From Epiperipatus broadwayi (lineage: Eukaryota > Animalia > Onychophora), in contig JAQFVV010000005.1 of NCBI GenBank assembly GCA_028023455.1, forward strand, positions 4,898,001 through 4,962,000: a stretch of DNA of 64,000 nucleotides. Reading direction: 5' to 3'. The notes under the pieces were generated by a model. The model saw only the letters and a list, made by a program, of their open reading frames with translations. It was not told the origin of the DNA and did not search any database. Positions 52,808-64,000 of the stretch are shown one piece after another. The first letter of the stretch is position 1. Each line of letters starts with the position of its first letter. Made by a program: the position numbers and the translations under genes.

Positions 52808-53439
52808 AAATGGTGATCATGTGATGTTTATTCGCTTAAGTACATACTTGTTAAAAATATCTTCACTACATATGTGTATGTTAAAATATTTTATATAGGA
52901 TTACTACTATCCATAAATTTTGGTATTTGTATAATGATGTGAAGTCAAATGATGCAGACATAGAAAGATTGTTGTACATTTCTTAGCTGACAATATGGAA
53001 AAAAACTTGATTTGCATAACTTCTTATTCTTACATTATAAAAATATAATTTCCACCTAACTGCTATTATCAATAAAATTAGTATTTTAATAAAAAATATT
53101 AATGATGATAGTAACTTTAGGAGATTCTAAGATTACCAGAAAGCTTTTAAAAACTGCTGATCTAAATAAAATTAAACTGTGTGACTAAAGCTGAAAATAT
53201 ATTTATATATCTTAATGATGTAAAAGGATTGCTAAATTTAAATTCATGATAGAGCTATAAAATATTGAAATACAAGGAATTGTATTATAGGCTGGCAAGC
53301 GATACTACCGATAATAATCTAAGGATTATTACTGGTCATAGAATCCAATATTAGTTATCCTGCTTGCTTGTGAAAGAAAAAAAAAAATCAATTTGTAAAT
53401 AAAAGTATCATTAAATAAAGATGATAATGAACACATTAC

Positions 53440-53565
53440 CTTAGCAAAAAGAGTTTTACCAGTTCCAGGTGGCCCAAATAAAAGAAGATTCTTGTAAACT
53501 CCACTATTTCTCTTTGTATTTCTAGTGGCAAGAGCTATTTCTAACAGCCGTTCCTCCATTTCAGG
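53440..53565 (-). CDS. ATAD3: ATAD3-like AAA+ ATPase, internal exon with Walker A
   Basis: ag|CCT...AAG|gtaatg; 126 nt; [42 protein letters not shown] matches the ATAD3 segment [20 protein letters not shown]...[12 protein letters not shown]. Confidence 0.95.
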
Positions 53566-55249
53566 CTAATAAAATAAATATATGTAATTTATATTGATGA
53601 AAGAAGATAATTATGCAGTGAATATATTAATTTTACTTCATTAATGAAACTACTAAATTCGATACAACTGTTAAAACAAATGGATAAAAGCAAACAACAC
53701 CCTATTTCTGGCAGAATCAGCTATCATCAATTAACTCTTCATAAAAACATACTAGTATTTTAAAATTGTCATGACAAATAGATCAATTATGTTACTGTGT
53801 ACGTTAATTCAAATTTTGTACTGCAAGCCGTTTGGAGAGAGAATCTATTTACCTTTTCGCTGGAACATACTGTGGATAAATACTGCAATTTTATTTTTTC
53901 AATACAATTTACCAAAAAATCTTATACAATTTAATTTTGTTTTATTCAATTGTCTAACAAAGCATTTAATTAAACTGCATTCAAGATTAGCTATCTTTAA
54001 TAAGATTTTTGCCAATTTCTAATACCTTTTCTTTTCTAAATCACAACTGTTATATATTTAGTTACTATTTTTCAGAAATATATTTTTCTTTATCATACAC
54101 TTTCATTTAACTAACTCTGTTTTTTAATCTGGATAAAATCTTGTAATTCAATATGCCCACACATTTTAATATTTGATGTAGTTAAAATTCCGCAATGTCA
54201 ATTCATTTTTTTAGTGTTTGCAAATAATTCTAGCAAAAATTTAAAATTTGTTATTTTATAAAGTACCACTGACATCTAGCAACATTCTTTGTAATTTAAG
54301 AGTGAATAATTCGTGAAAAGTGAATTTAATAATTCAATGTTATGTATATAAAACTAAAAAGTAGAAAATAAAAATATAAAAAAAATACTTTAAGAAAACT
54401 TTTATTCATATAAATGCACTTAAAAAGTAAAAAAAAAAAAAATTCTTCAGTTTTTGCTTGGGATTCACAAAGAATCATTTAAATAAATTTGCAACTGATG
54501 TCCGCTTTATCTGACATATAGATTGGCAATGCTATATTTTTTTATTTAGCCAATCTCTTATCAGTAATGAAGAGAATTTTAATATTGATCTTCTCAATTT
54601 CTTGTAAATGTTAAAAAAAAATATTGCCTGTAGTTCTGTCGTTTTTGATCAAATCTATTCAGGTCTAACAACAATCTTTTTTATCTATTCATAATTCATA
54701 AGATAAATTTAAAAGTTCACTTCTTATCTTTCAATTATCCACTTGATTTCATAAAGATCTAAGATATCTAATGCTTTCCTATTAATATATAATAATAGAT
54801 CACTTGTCTTTCTGATTTATTTGTAGTTCTGTAATTTCATGTAACAATCATAATACTGTTGGCGAAATCCAGGAGAAAATTAAAATAAAGCCTTTTAAGA
54901 AGCTTAGCAGAGATGATAATAGAATATTTCAAACTATAAATAAAGGTAATTTGATAATTTCTTACATGGATACAAATCCCTATATATTAATTTATTTTAT
55001 TATGACTTCAATCAAGATTTCACTTCGATGATTGATATCACCTAATATTCCAAAAAAAAAAAAAAAAAGAAAAAGAAAATCAAAATGCATAATTAAGTAA
55101 TGATCAGTATCAATATAATTATTAACTGAAAGGAGACCCTTTGATTCCTCTTGGAGGCCTTAAAGGAACCGAGCAGGGCAAATTCCTAATGTCCACTCCA
55201 TACGTTCTTGTCGTTGCAGCTGTTATTACTATGTGATTATTCATATAGT

Positions 55250-58200
55250 ATACGAACATGGATGGGCTGCTCACCAACACGCATTAGCCAGCGTGGTGAG
55301 TTTATTGGCTTTTTACCTCCGAGTTTAAGATCAAGAAACACCATGGTCTTTCTTCTCAGTGCCTGATAAGGCAGAATGAATGTTTGTGTAAATGATAAAT
55401 ATTTTTCCAATACATATATACAATTATGACAGACAAAAATAAAGCATGGCCCTTATTCCCAGGAGGCTGTAAAGTCACCAACCAAGGCAGCGGTTGGTGG
55501 CCGAAGGCGGAGGGTGCTAAGAATCCCCTGATTGTGGACCCAGGCTGCCATTTGATGACGACTTTTTATTTAGGTACTTACAACTGCAGATCACTTTCAA
55601 GTGAAGGAAGATTGCAAGAATTAGAAGAAGAATTGTCTTATATTAAATGGGACATTATTGGACTTTGTGAAGTTAGAAGAAAAGGTGAAGAAATAATTGA
55701 TTTAAAAAGTGGACATATACTCTTTTATAAAGGCACACATATTGGAAATACAAGTGGAGTAGGATTATTATAAATAAAAAATGGAAGAACAATATTGTGG
55801 AGATTGATGGTGTATCGGACAGAGTTGCAAGATTAGTTACACAACTTAATAGCAGATACCAAATGCAGACAATTCAGGTTTATGCTCCAACAAGTTCTCA
55901 TAGTGATGAAGTAATAGAAGATTTTTATATGGATGTACAAAAGGCCTTTGATCAGAGTAAACAACATTTTAAAATTGTTATGGGAGACTTTAATGCTAGA
56001 ATTGGTAGACAAATGAAAGATGAAATTGCTGTAGGTAATTTTGGTTATGGTAATAGAAATGAGAGAGGCTATAGACTTGTGGAGTTTTCAGAAAAAGAAA
56101 AACTTTATATTATGAATTCATTTTTTGAGAAAAATGTTAAAAGGAAATGGACATGGAAGCATCCAAATGAAGGTACAGCAGAATTGGATTATATTTTGAC
56201 TGACCGGAAATACATATTTCAAGATTGTAATGTTCTTAATAAATTTAACACAGGAAGTGATCATCGATTAGTAAGGCTCTTAATAAATTTAACAAAACTA
56301 GAGAGACAAAAATTATTGAGAAAAACAATATTTACAGTTGATATTCCTAATCTTCAGAAACATTCTAATGAATTTAAATTAGAACTTACAAATAGGTTTC
56401 AAGTGTTAGGAGATTTTGAACATGATTCAGATTTGAATGAAATTAATATGAAAATAACTGATACACTTTTAAAAACTGCAACAAAGATAGCTGGTAGGAA
56501 AAAGCAGCAATTGACTAATAAAATTTCTACTGAGACTAGAGAATTTATGAAGAAAAGAAGGAATATGAAGATATACAAAAATGATGTATTAAAAAAAATT
56601 GAATATCTTGAATTTTGTAAAATGGTACGGAAAAGAGTTGAAAATGATATAAGAAAGTATAACTGTGAAATAGCAAGGAAAGCTGTAGAAGAAAATAAAA
56701 GTCTCAAGAATGTTAAACAACATTTTGGTATTGGTAGGAAATTTATATCTGCAATAAGAAAAAAAGATGGAATTATTACTAAAAAGAGAGATGACATCAT
56801 GAAATTGGTAGAAGATTTTTATCAAGAATTATATAGTAATAAAGAACAAGTATCTCCTATATCTATTACATCTTCCGAATTGCCCAGAATTTTAAATGAA
56901 GAAGTGAGACATGCAATTAAATGTATGAAGAAAGGAAAGGCTCCAGAAAATGATGGAATTATAATTGATATATTAAAAGAAGGAGGTGAAGAAATAGAAA
57001 CAATTTTAGCAAAGTTATATACCAAATGTCTAAATGATAAAGATGTACCGGAAGATTGGAAGAATGCAGTAATAATATTAATATTTAAAAAAGGTGATAA
57101 AGAAGATATTAGAAATTACAGACCTATCAGCCTTTTATCAGTTTTATATAAAATTTTTACCAAGATAATTACAACTCGTCTACAGAGAACTTTGAATTTC
57201 CACCAACCAAGAGAACAAACTGGATTTAAAAGTGGTTTTAGTACAATAGATCATATCCAGGTATTGAGAGAAGTCATAGAAAGGACAAATGAATATGAGT
57301 TGTCATTATGTTTTGGATTTGTAGATTATAAAAAGGCATTCGATTCTATACACATTTCTTCAGTGATTAAAGCATTGGATCATCAAGGTATAGATCCAGG
57401 ATATTGTCATATTTTAAAGAATATTTATAAAAATGCAACAGCAACAATTAGATTACATAATGATACTGGAAAAATCAACATTGAGAAAGGTGTAAGGCAA
57501 GGTGACTCCATATATCCAAAACTTTTTACAGCAGTGCTGCAAGAAGTATTTTGTGGATTAAAATGGGAAACTAAAGGAATGAAAGTAAATGGAGAGTATT
57601 TAAGTCATTTAGATTTTGCAGATAATGTAGTTGTTTTTGCAAATAATGCTTCAGAGCTGCAGGAAATGTTGCAGGAGTTAGCAGATGATAGTAGAAAAGT
57701 AGGACTAAAGATAAATGTTAAAAAGACTAAAGTAATGTTTAATCGATTTGCTCAAAATATGAAAATAAAGATTGATTATGAAGAATTAGAAGAATTTAAC
57801 AGTGACAAATACCTAGGTCAGATTATTAATACAGATGGAAACATAATGGAGGAAATTAATCATAGAATTAAACTTGGTTGGAGTGCTTTTGGTAGAAATA
57901 ACTTGATACTAAAAGGAAATATGCCTATGTGTTTGAAAAGAATGATTTTTAACAAATGTGTTTTACTAGTTCTTACTTATAGATCTGAGACTTGGACACT
58001 TAATAAAAGAGCAATACAGAGACTTCAGACAACTCAAAAGAGTATGGAGAGATGTATGTTGGGAGTAACAAGAAGAGATTGAAAACGCAATGTATGGGTA
58101 AGACAACAAACAGGTGTTACTGACCTTATTGAAAAAATTAAAAGATTGAAATGGAGTTGGGCTGGACATATTGCTAGAAGAAATGATAATAGACGGACAA

Positions 58201-58392
58201 TTGAAATTTTAAACTGGATTCCAAGAGATTGTAAAAGACCCAGAAAGAGACCACATGTGAGATGGATGGATGAAATAAGAAAATGTGCAGGGGTGTTGTG
58301 GAAAAGAGAAGCTAAAGATCGGAGAAGATGGATTAAACTTGGAGAGACCTTCATCCTGCAGTAGATTGATAATGGTTGATGATGATGATGAT
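55250..58392 (+). mobile_element. Near-intact RTE-clade LINE (APE + RT)
   Basis: GTYNCRSL, QVYAPTS, MGDFNARIG and GSDHRLV (APE); KGVRQGDSIYPKLF and FADNV (RT, D>N); frameshift near 55770; TGA at 58080; (GAT)n tail to 58392; 5' boundary approximate. Confidence 0.95.
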
Positions 58393-60419
58393 ACTTAATA
58401 TCATGATTTCCCTAACTTACGTCCAATTAGAGAATTGACATCTGTTCCAATTTGGAAACCATAGAAAGAATGTAATGAACATTTATTTTTGGAGTTTTGG
58501 ATGTTCAAAGAGCATCACAGTAAATTGTATAGAAATGTAAAGATAAAAGGAATGGAAAAGATAGGGATTTTGTGGTTTTCTACTTAAGTTTTGACAATAA
58601 GAATTAGAAATACGAAGATATGATAATGGCATTAGCAAAATAGTTTCTATTAAAATATGGCTGAAGAAAGAAAAGTCAGGAATCAAATAGTGATAATGTA
58701 ATAAAAAACGACTGAGTTTGCAGTAGTATATAATGATTTCAGAGAAGGAATATTTAACTGAGTTGAAAGATTCTCTGAAAACATGATCCGTGTGCAGAAA
58801 TTTCTGATATGATATAAAGCGAATCCATTATACATTACATCACTAATTTCTGTGATTAACCTTCTGAAAAAAAAAATACCAATTTGCATTCTACCTATGT
58901 TGTAGCCTTTTTTTCACCGTACTCTATTATTTGAATGGTAACATTTTGACTTATTGGATGGAGAGAGATCTCATCATAACACCGAGAAAAATAAAATCAC
59001 TAAAAAATAATTAATATTTTTTAACATTAGGTTAGATTGCAAGTGAGTTCTACTATAATTAATAATGATAATGGAATATATAATTAAGTTCATTAAAATT
59101 ATTTAAATAATGACCAATTTACTATTCCTGGTATAAGATATAGAAGTCAATTTAATTTAAATTAAAGGAAGTGGGTCAAGAAATATGATGAAAATTCAAT
59201 TATCATAAAACCAAATTAGAAACTGTCTCTTCACAAATATAAAACAAAATTAACGACTAATTATAATATCCATTTTCATAAGATGATGACGAATTAGTTG
59301 GTAAAATATCTGAATGAAATAATTTCTTTCGAAAAATAACGGACCAAAAATAAACAGAAAATAGATCATGGAGATGGAAGTAGCATAAATAGATCAAACG
59401 GGGAAGTGTTTGTTTGCTTACCATAAAAAGTAATGAGTTGATTAAATAATTTGATTTCCATCAATCAGCAATAGAAAATGTATACTAAAATTAAGAGATC
59501 AAAATTATATCAAGCACAGTATCGGCAAAAGAGAAAATTGGATATATAATAATTTTGACTAAATTATTGAACTGAAGACTACTTTTAAAAAAAAGGCACC
59601 TAGAATAAGCTATATGTAATCTGATTTTTAAGAGATGAGATGATATATAAAACAGAAATAAAGATAGACAGGAGATAATGTATAATACATGGTTAGAAGT
59701 AGCAATAAAAGTAAATCAAGAATCCAGCATCTGCAAGATTGTGACCTTTCATCAGTGATGAAGATTTCATCATACTACAAATATAATTTTGTTTTAGTGC
59801 AGCAACACGTGACCCATTAAGATTAATCTGTGAACTTTACCCTCCTTAGGAGAATAAAGACATCCGTTTACTGTTTGTCAACTGAAGAATGATCTGACTT
59901 AGCCATAGACTATCTACTTGAAATAAATACTAATCTTCAATGACCTAAAACAATTTTCCCCATTTTCCTATAATTCAAATTTCAGATCATGGCCTCTGCT
60001 ATGATAATTGACTGCAGAATAAAATAAGCTCAGTCATGATAATTTTGAAGAATTGGTACTAATGAGGAACTCGTAACAGTGCAGTTTTCATCTGAAATTT
60101 CATATAGAAAAGAAATCTACTCAAATGTATTAAAATAAGTATGTGAATTAAATTGATTGTCTGTAATAAAATCAATGATTTTAAAAAATAATTCCCTGCT
60201 AAATTAAAACTGTATAATAATTGTGAATAGAATAAACGTAGTTAAATGAAAGGAGAGGGAAAATATTAATTCATTTATTGGAACAAAAAATAGGCTTTAT
60301 GAAATACTCATCCTTCCCATCATAATCTTTTAAAGTTTTGTGTTTTAGGAAGAAAAGAAAAAAAGTTTATATTTAGTTCTAATCTAATAAATTCTAATGA
60401 ATTTGGCTATTATAAATGA

Positions 60420-61202
60420 AAATATAGGGATTTGAAAGACTTTCAAGCACCCACCAACTATCCACACTATCTTATACAACTGATACATACGACCACACAC
60501 ATGTAGAAAAGATGAATAATCACCAATATATGTATTTTATGCTAAACCAGCATTCATCAGTTGGTCCAGATTATCATCTCCCACACATATATATAATCAG
60601 TGTTCAGTTATATTAACATAGCAAATCCTCACACTTTAATGGACAGACTTCAATCTATACCAACCTCCAACTTTTCAGCCATCCATATCATTGAAAATCT
60701 GATGACAAAAGCCCAAATCCCATGCAGATGCCAACATTATTGCCATGCCAATGTTGACATGAAGTCACTCTGACCCCTCATGTATAGGACCTTATCCATC
60801 TAAATACATAGAAGAGGGATGGATAAGGTCCTATACATGAGGGGTTAGAGTGACTTCAGGTCAACATGGGCATGGCAATAATGTTGGCAACAGCATGGGA
60901 TTTGGGCTTTCCATCATCAGATTTTCAATGATATGGATGGCTGAAAAGTTGAAGGTTGGAATAGATTGAAGTATGTCCATTAAAGTGTGAGGATTTGCTA
61001 TGTTAATATAACTGAACACTGATTATATATATGTGTGGGAGATGATAATCTGGACTAATTGATGAATGCTGGTTTAGCATGAAATACGGATATTGGTGAT
61101 TATTTATCTTTTCTACATGTGTGGGGTCAGGTGTATCACTTGCATAAGATAGTGTGGATCGTTGATCGGTGCTTGAAAGTCTGACTTCAAATCCCTATAT
61201 TT
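60420..61202. repeat. Family-B fold-back element (~380-bp arms, 17-nt loop)
   Basis: Arms 60420-60800 and 60818-61202 are highly similar inverted copies, each with a hammerhead motif (60523-60564 minus; 61055-61096 plus). Confidence 0.95.
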
Positions 61203-62482
61203 GCAATTAAGCTCCAGGTTTGTGAAGAGTGCCTAGTTTTCAAATATTTCTATTATAAATGATAAATATTTCTCCATTTTCATTAGTTTGTAAATCAAAG
61301 CCCCAAATTTTTCGACTTATATATTTATTTTCGTATTGCTTTAAAAAATAAACTATTTCCCTCAGTATTATTATAAATTGACTCACACATGATAATCTGC
61401 TTATTTCTATAAATGTACTTGTTCAAACAATTTATACCTACGAGACAGATACACTGCTGCCATCTATCGAATTATTTTTAACTAAAAACTCCAATCTAAT
61501 TTATTAAAAACTAATTGAAAAGAAAAGAAAACATGAAAATATAAATAAGGCAGAAACAAACGTTTCAGTATCTTAATATGCAATTTAAAAACAAAATGTT
61601 GTAATAAAGAAAACGCAAACTGTTCTCTAATGCATTTCATCTTAAGAGAATATTAAAAAATTATAAATGTTAATCAAGTAAACAAAACAAAAATATTTAT
61701 TTTTTATTAAATGATCGCTTTCTTAGAAAAGTTATTTTAAGATTGCTTACATTATGAATATTTCCTTTTAATGTATCTTGAGGCTTGGTGTAAAGTCTTT
61801 GAATAGTCTGTAAATAAGTTTTTATATATAAGTATATTACAAAATATTAAAAATATGCTATAATCTCATACTTAAATACGTAGTTATACACTTGTCATAA
61901 GTATGTATAAAAATATATACATATAATTACATGTGTATTCCAGTATGTATGCACACACTTATATATGCATCTATATATTTGCAAATAAACACATCAAAAG
62001 ATATAAATATTCTAAGCTGACAAAAAAATATTAAGAGAACAAAATAAATATTAAAAGAAAAAACGAATTCACAAAGCTAATAAGACCTTAGGTATTTATA
62101 ATTTATACTATTAAAAAGATTATAGTTAGAATTATAATTCTCATTTAATCAAATTTAAGATTACTACTAATCTATACTCTGATAACATTGCCTTGAATAA
62201 TTGTGATTATAACATTTTTAACATCTTAAAATAACAGAATTATTTTTCTATATATATTAAAACAATCATTTTCATGATTAAAATATAAAAATTTTCGGAC
62301 ATACCATGAATCGGACATCCATGTTAAAAAATGCTTCTGTTCACAGTCAATGAATTCTATTTAAAGTATTTTAAAAGGTCCCCATTCACAGACATAGTAC
62401 ATTTTTTTTATTTTTTTTTAGTATTTGCCTGACCTGTGTCAGATATTTTTCATTTTTGAATATTTTTTAGCATGTGACCTGG

Positions 62483-62676
62483 ATAATTCAACCGATGACG
62501 TATTACCCTGAAGGTATATCAGTCTAATCTTGCGATTTTTAACGTACCGTGTTCACGTGATCTGCGGACACATTTTAGCGATTACATGTGTCCGCAGATC
62601 ACTTGGAGACGTTATCTTAAAAATCGCAAGATTAGACTGATATGCCTTCAAGGTAATACGTCATCGGTTGAATTAT
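62483..62676. repeat. Fold-back inverted repeat (~90-bp arms)
   Basis: ataattcaaccgatgacgtattacc...ggacacat / atgtgtcc...cgtcatcggttgaattat; 12-nt loop. Confidence 0.9.
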
Positions 62677-64000
62677 ACACAAGTACCATCCTGTCTGCAG
62701 AAATAGATTGTCAATACTTCAATAAAATTTCATTCATCTCTATCAAAGCTACGATATCCCCTGGAGAAATATTGTGTCACAAATAATAACGAGGATGGGT
62801 GTGAATTAGTCCTTTTATTAATTACTTTTTCAGGCAATTTTCCAATCATAACTGGAAAAGATTCAATAAAAGTTGTTGTGCTTTGTTTTATAACAATAAC
62901 TGACTTTTTAAAAATATTGCTAGAGGGAGAAGAAAGAGTTAAAATAATGAGTTTCTATAAGGCAGGAATGCACAGTTTCAACACATTTGTTTAAACTGCT
63001 AGGTCTTTTTAATATTTCAAGTTACTCTCTCATTATTCTTAAATTATAATTTTCCTATCAACCAGTATTTAGTGTTATCAAAGTTAGGTCTGTGGATCTT
63101 ATCTATATCCTTAACTTTCATAATAATATAATAATACTGGCTAGATTGGAAAAATATGATTTATGAACTATAAGAGAGTCTGCTAAAATTATAAAAAGAC
63201 CTAACAGTTTAAATAAGTGTGAGGAAACTTAGTACATTTCATCTTTACATAAATCCATTATTTCTCTTTTTCTCCCCCCCTCTAATAATATTTTTTAAAA
63301 TAAAATTAACCTTTCTTCAACTATAATTGGAAAACTGAAAAAATAACTAATGGATAGAATAATTCACACACAGTCTCATTATTTCTTGAGACATAATAAT
63401 TCCCCAGAACACTACAGCCATGACAAGGAAGAATTCATCGAAATGTTAGCAGCCTACTTTTACAGAGGTTTCTGTGTCTGTAATTTCTTTAACTACTGAA
63501 CAGAATTTCTCAATGTGAAGAACATAAACAATGTCCCAAAACTTACTTTAATTTCATATTAAAATTATATATGCTGTGAAATTTTATTTTTATTGTCTTT
63601 GTTTATTAATGTTAATTGTATACATTTTTACCCAGTTAGCAATGGATGTTTTTATATGAGAATTGTACCCATTATTTTGATTTACCAATCAATTTATTCA
63701 CTAAAACAATCTTTAAAATAAATTATGAATTTTTTTCCTAAAAACAACTGCCATTTTTTTTTTAAAAAAGGCAGACCATTTTATATGACTGATGATGTCA
63801 GAGGACATTGACTTCATTAAAGCTATGATAACTGAAAATAAAATGGTGAAACTGATACTAAAAATATATAGAACAGAGTTTATTCATTATAAACAGTAAT
63901 GTTTTTATTTATGACATACTAAAAAAAAAGATTTTCATCAGTAATGATTTTACAAAATAAAAAAAGTCAGTTTCATTCAATATGTAAATAATCAAAAACA

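Noticed and set aside
55250-55540. Possible HDV-like ribozyme in the RTE 5' region
   Set aside because: Hairpins are present, but I could not assemble P1, P2, P3 and P1.1 by eye; an RNAmotif search is needed.
56399-58354. Minus-strand ORFs overlapping the RTE
   Set aside because: Antisense shadows of the RTE coding sequence.
62630-62670. Hammerhead-like CTGATA-TGCC ttcaa GGTA-ATACGTC
   Set aside because: Both core strands are shortened and no stem I can form.
63785-63818. ATGA CTGATGA TGTC agag GACA ttgact TCAT
   Set aside because: Has core 1 and stem II but no GAAA or stem III; chance or a too-decayed relic.
53568-64000. Upstream ATAD3 exons
   Set aside because: Strong donors near 58419, 59421 and 62304 lack an ATAD3-like open frame; the exons are probably outside the window or too divergent.

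Overview
AT-rich eukaryotic DNA, probably from an arthropod (a chelicerate is plausible; this is inference). One host gene is supported: the 3' seven coding exons of a divergent ATAD3-like mitochondrial AAA+ ATPase on the minus strand (53565 down to 9648). Its 5' exons were not found and probably lie beyond position 64000. The large introns and 3' flank are filled with transposable elements: mariner relics, an internally deleted Gypsy element, a non-coding LTR element with a tRNA-Lys primer-binding site and ~2.2-2.6 kb LTRs, two solo LTRs, a TTAA/TA-flanked DNA transposon in two copies, several LINEs (one near-intact RTE), and a Penelope-like RT + GIY-YIG ORF. The most unusual signal is that several MITE-like long palindromes are fold-back repeats whose arms carry minimal type I hammerhead-ribozyme motifs from at least three sequence families; one also has a tRNA-like A-box/B-box head. 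A fourth, variant motif with an apparent A3-U8 covariation follows the Penelope ORF. All assignments were made by eye, with no database searches or folding runs.
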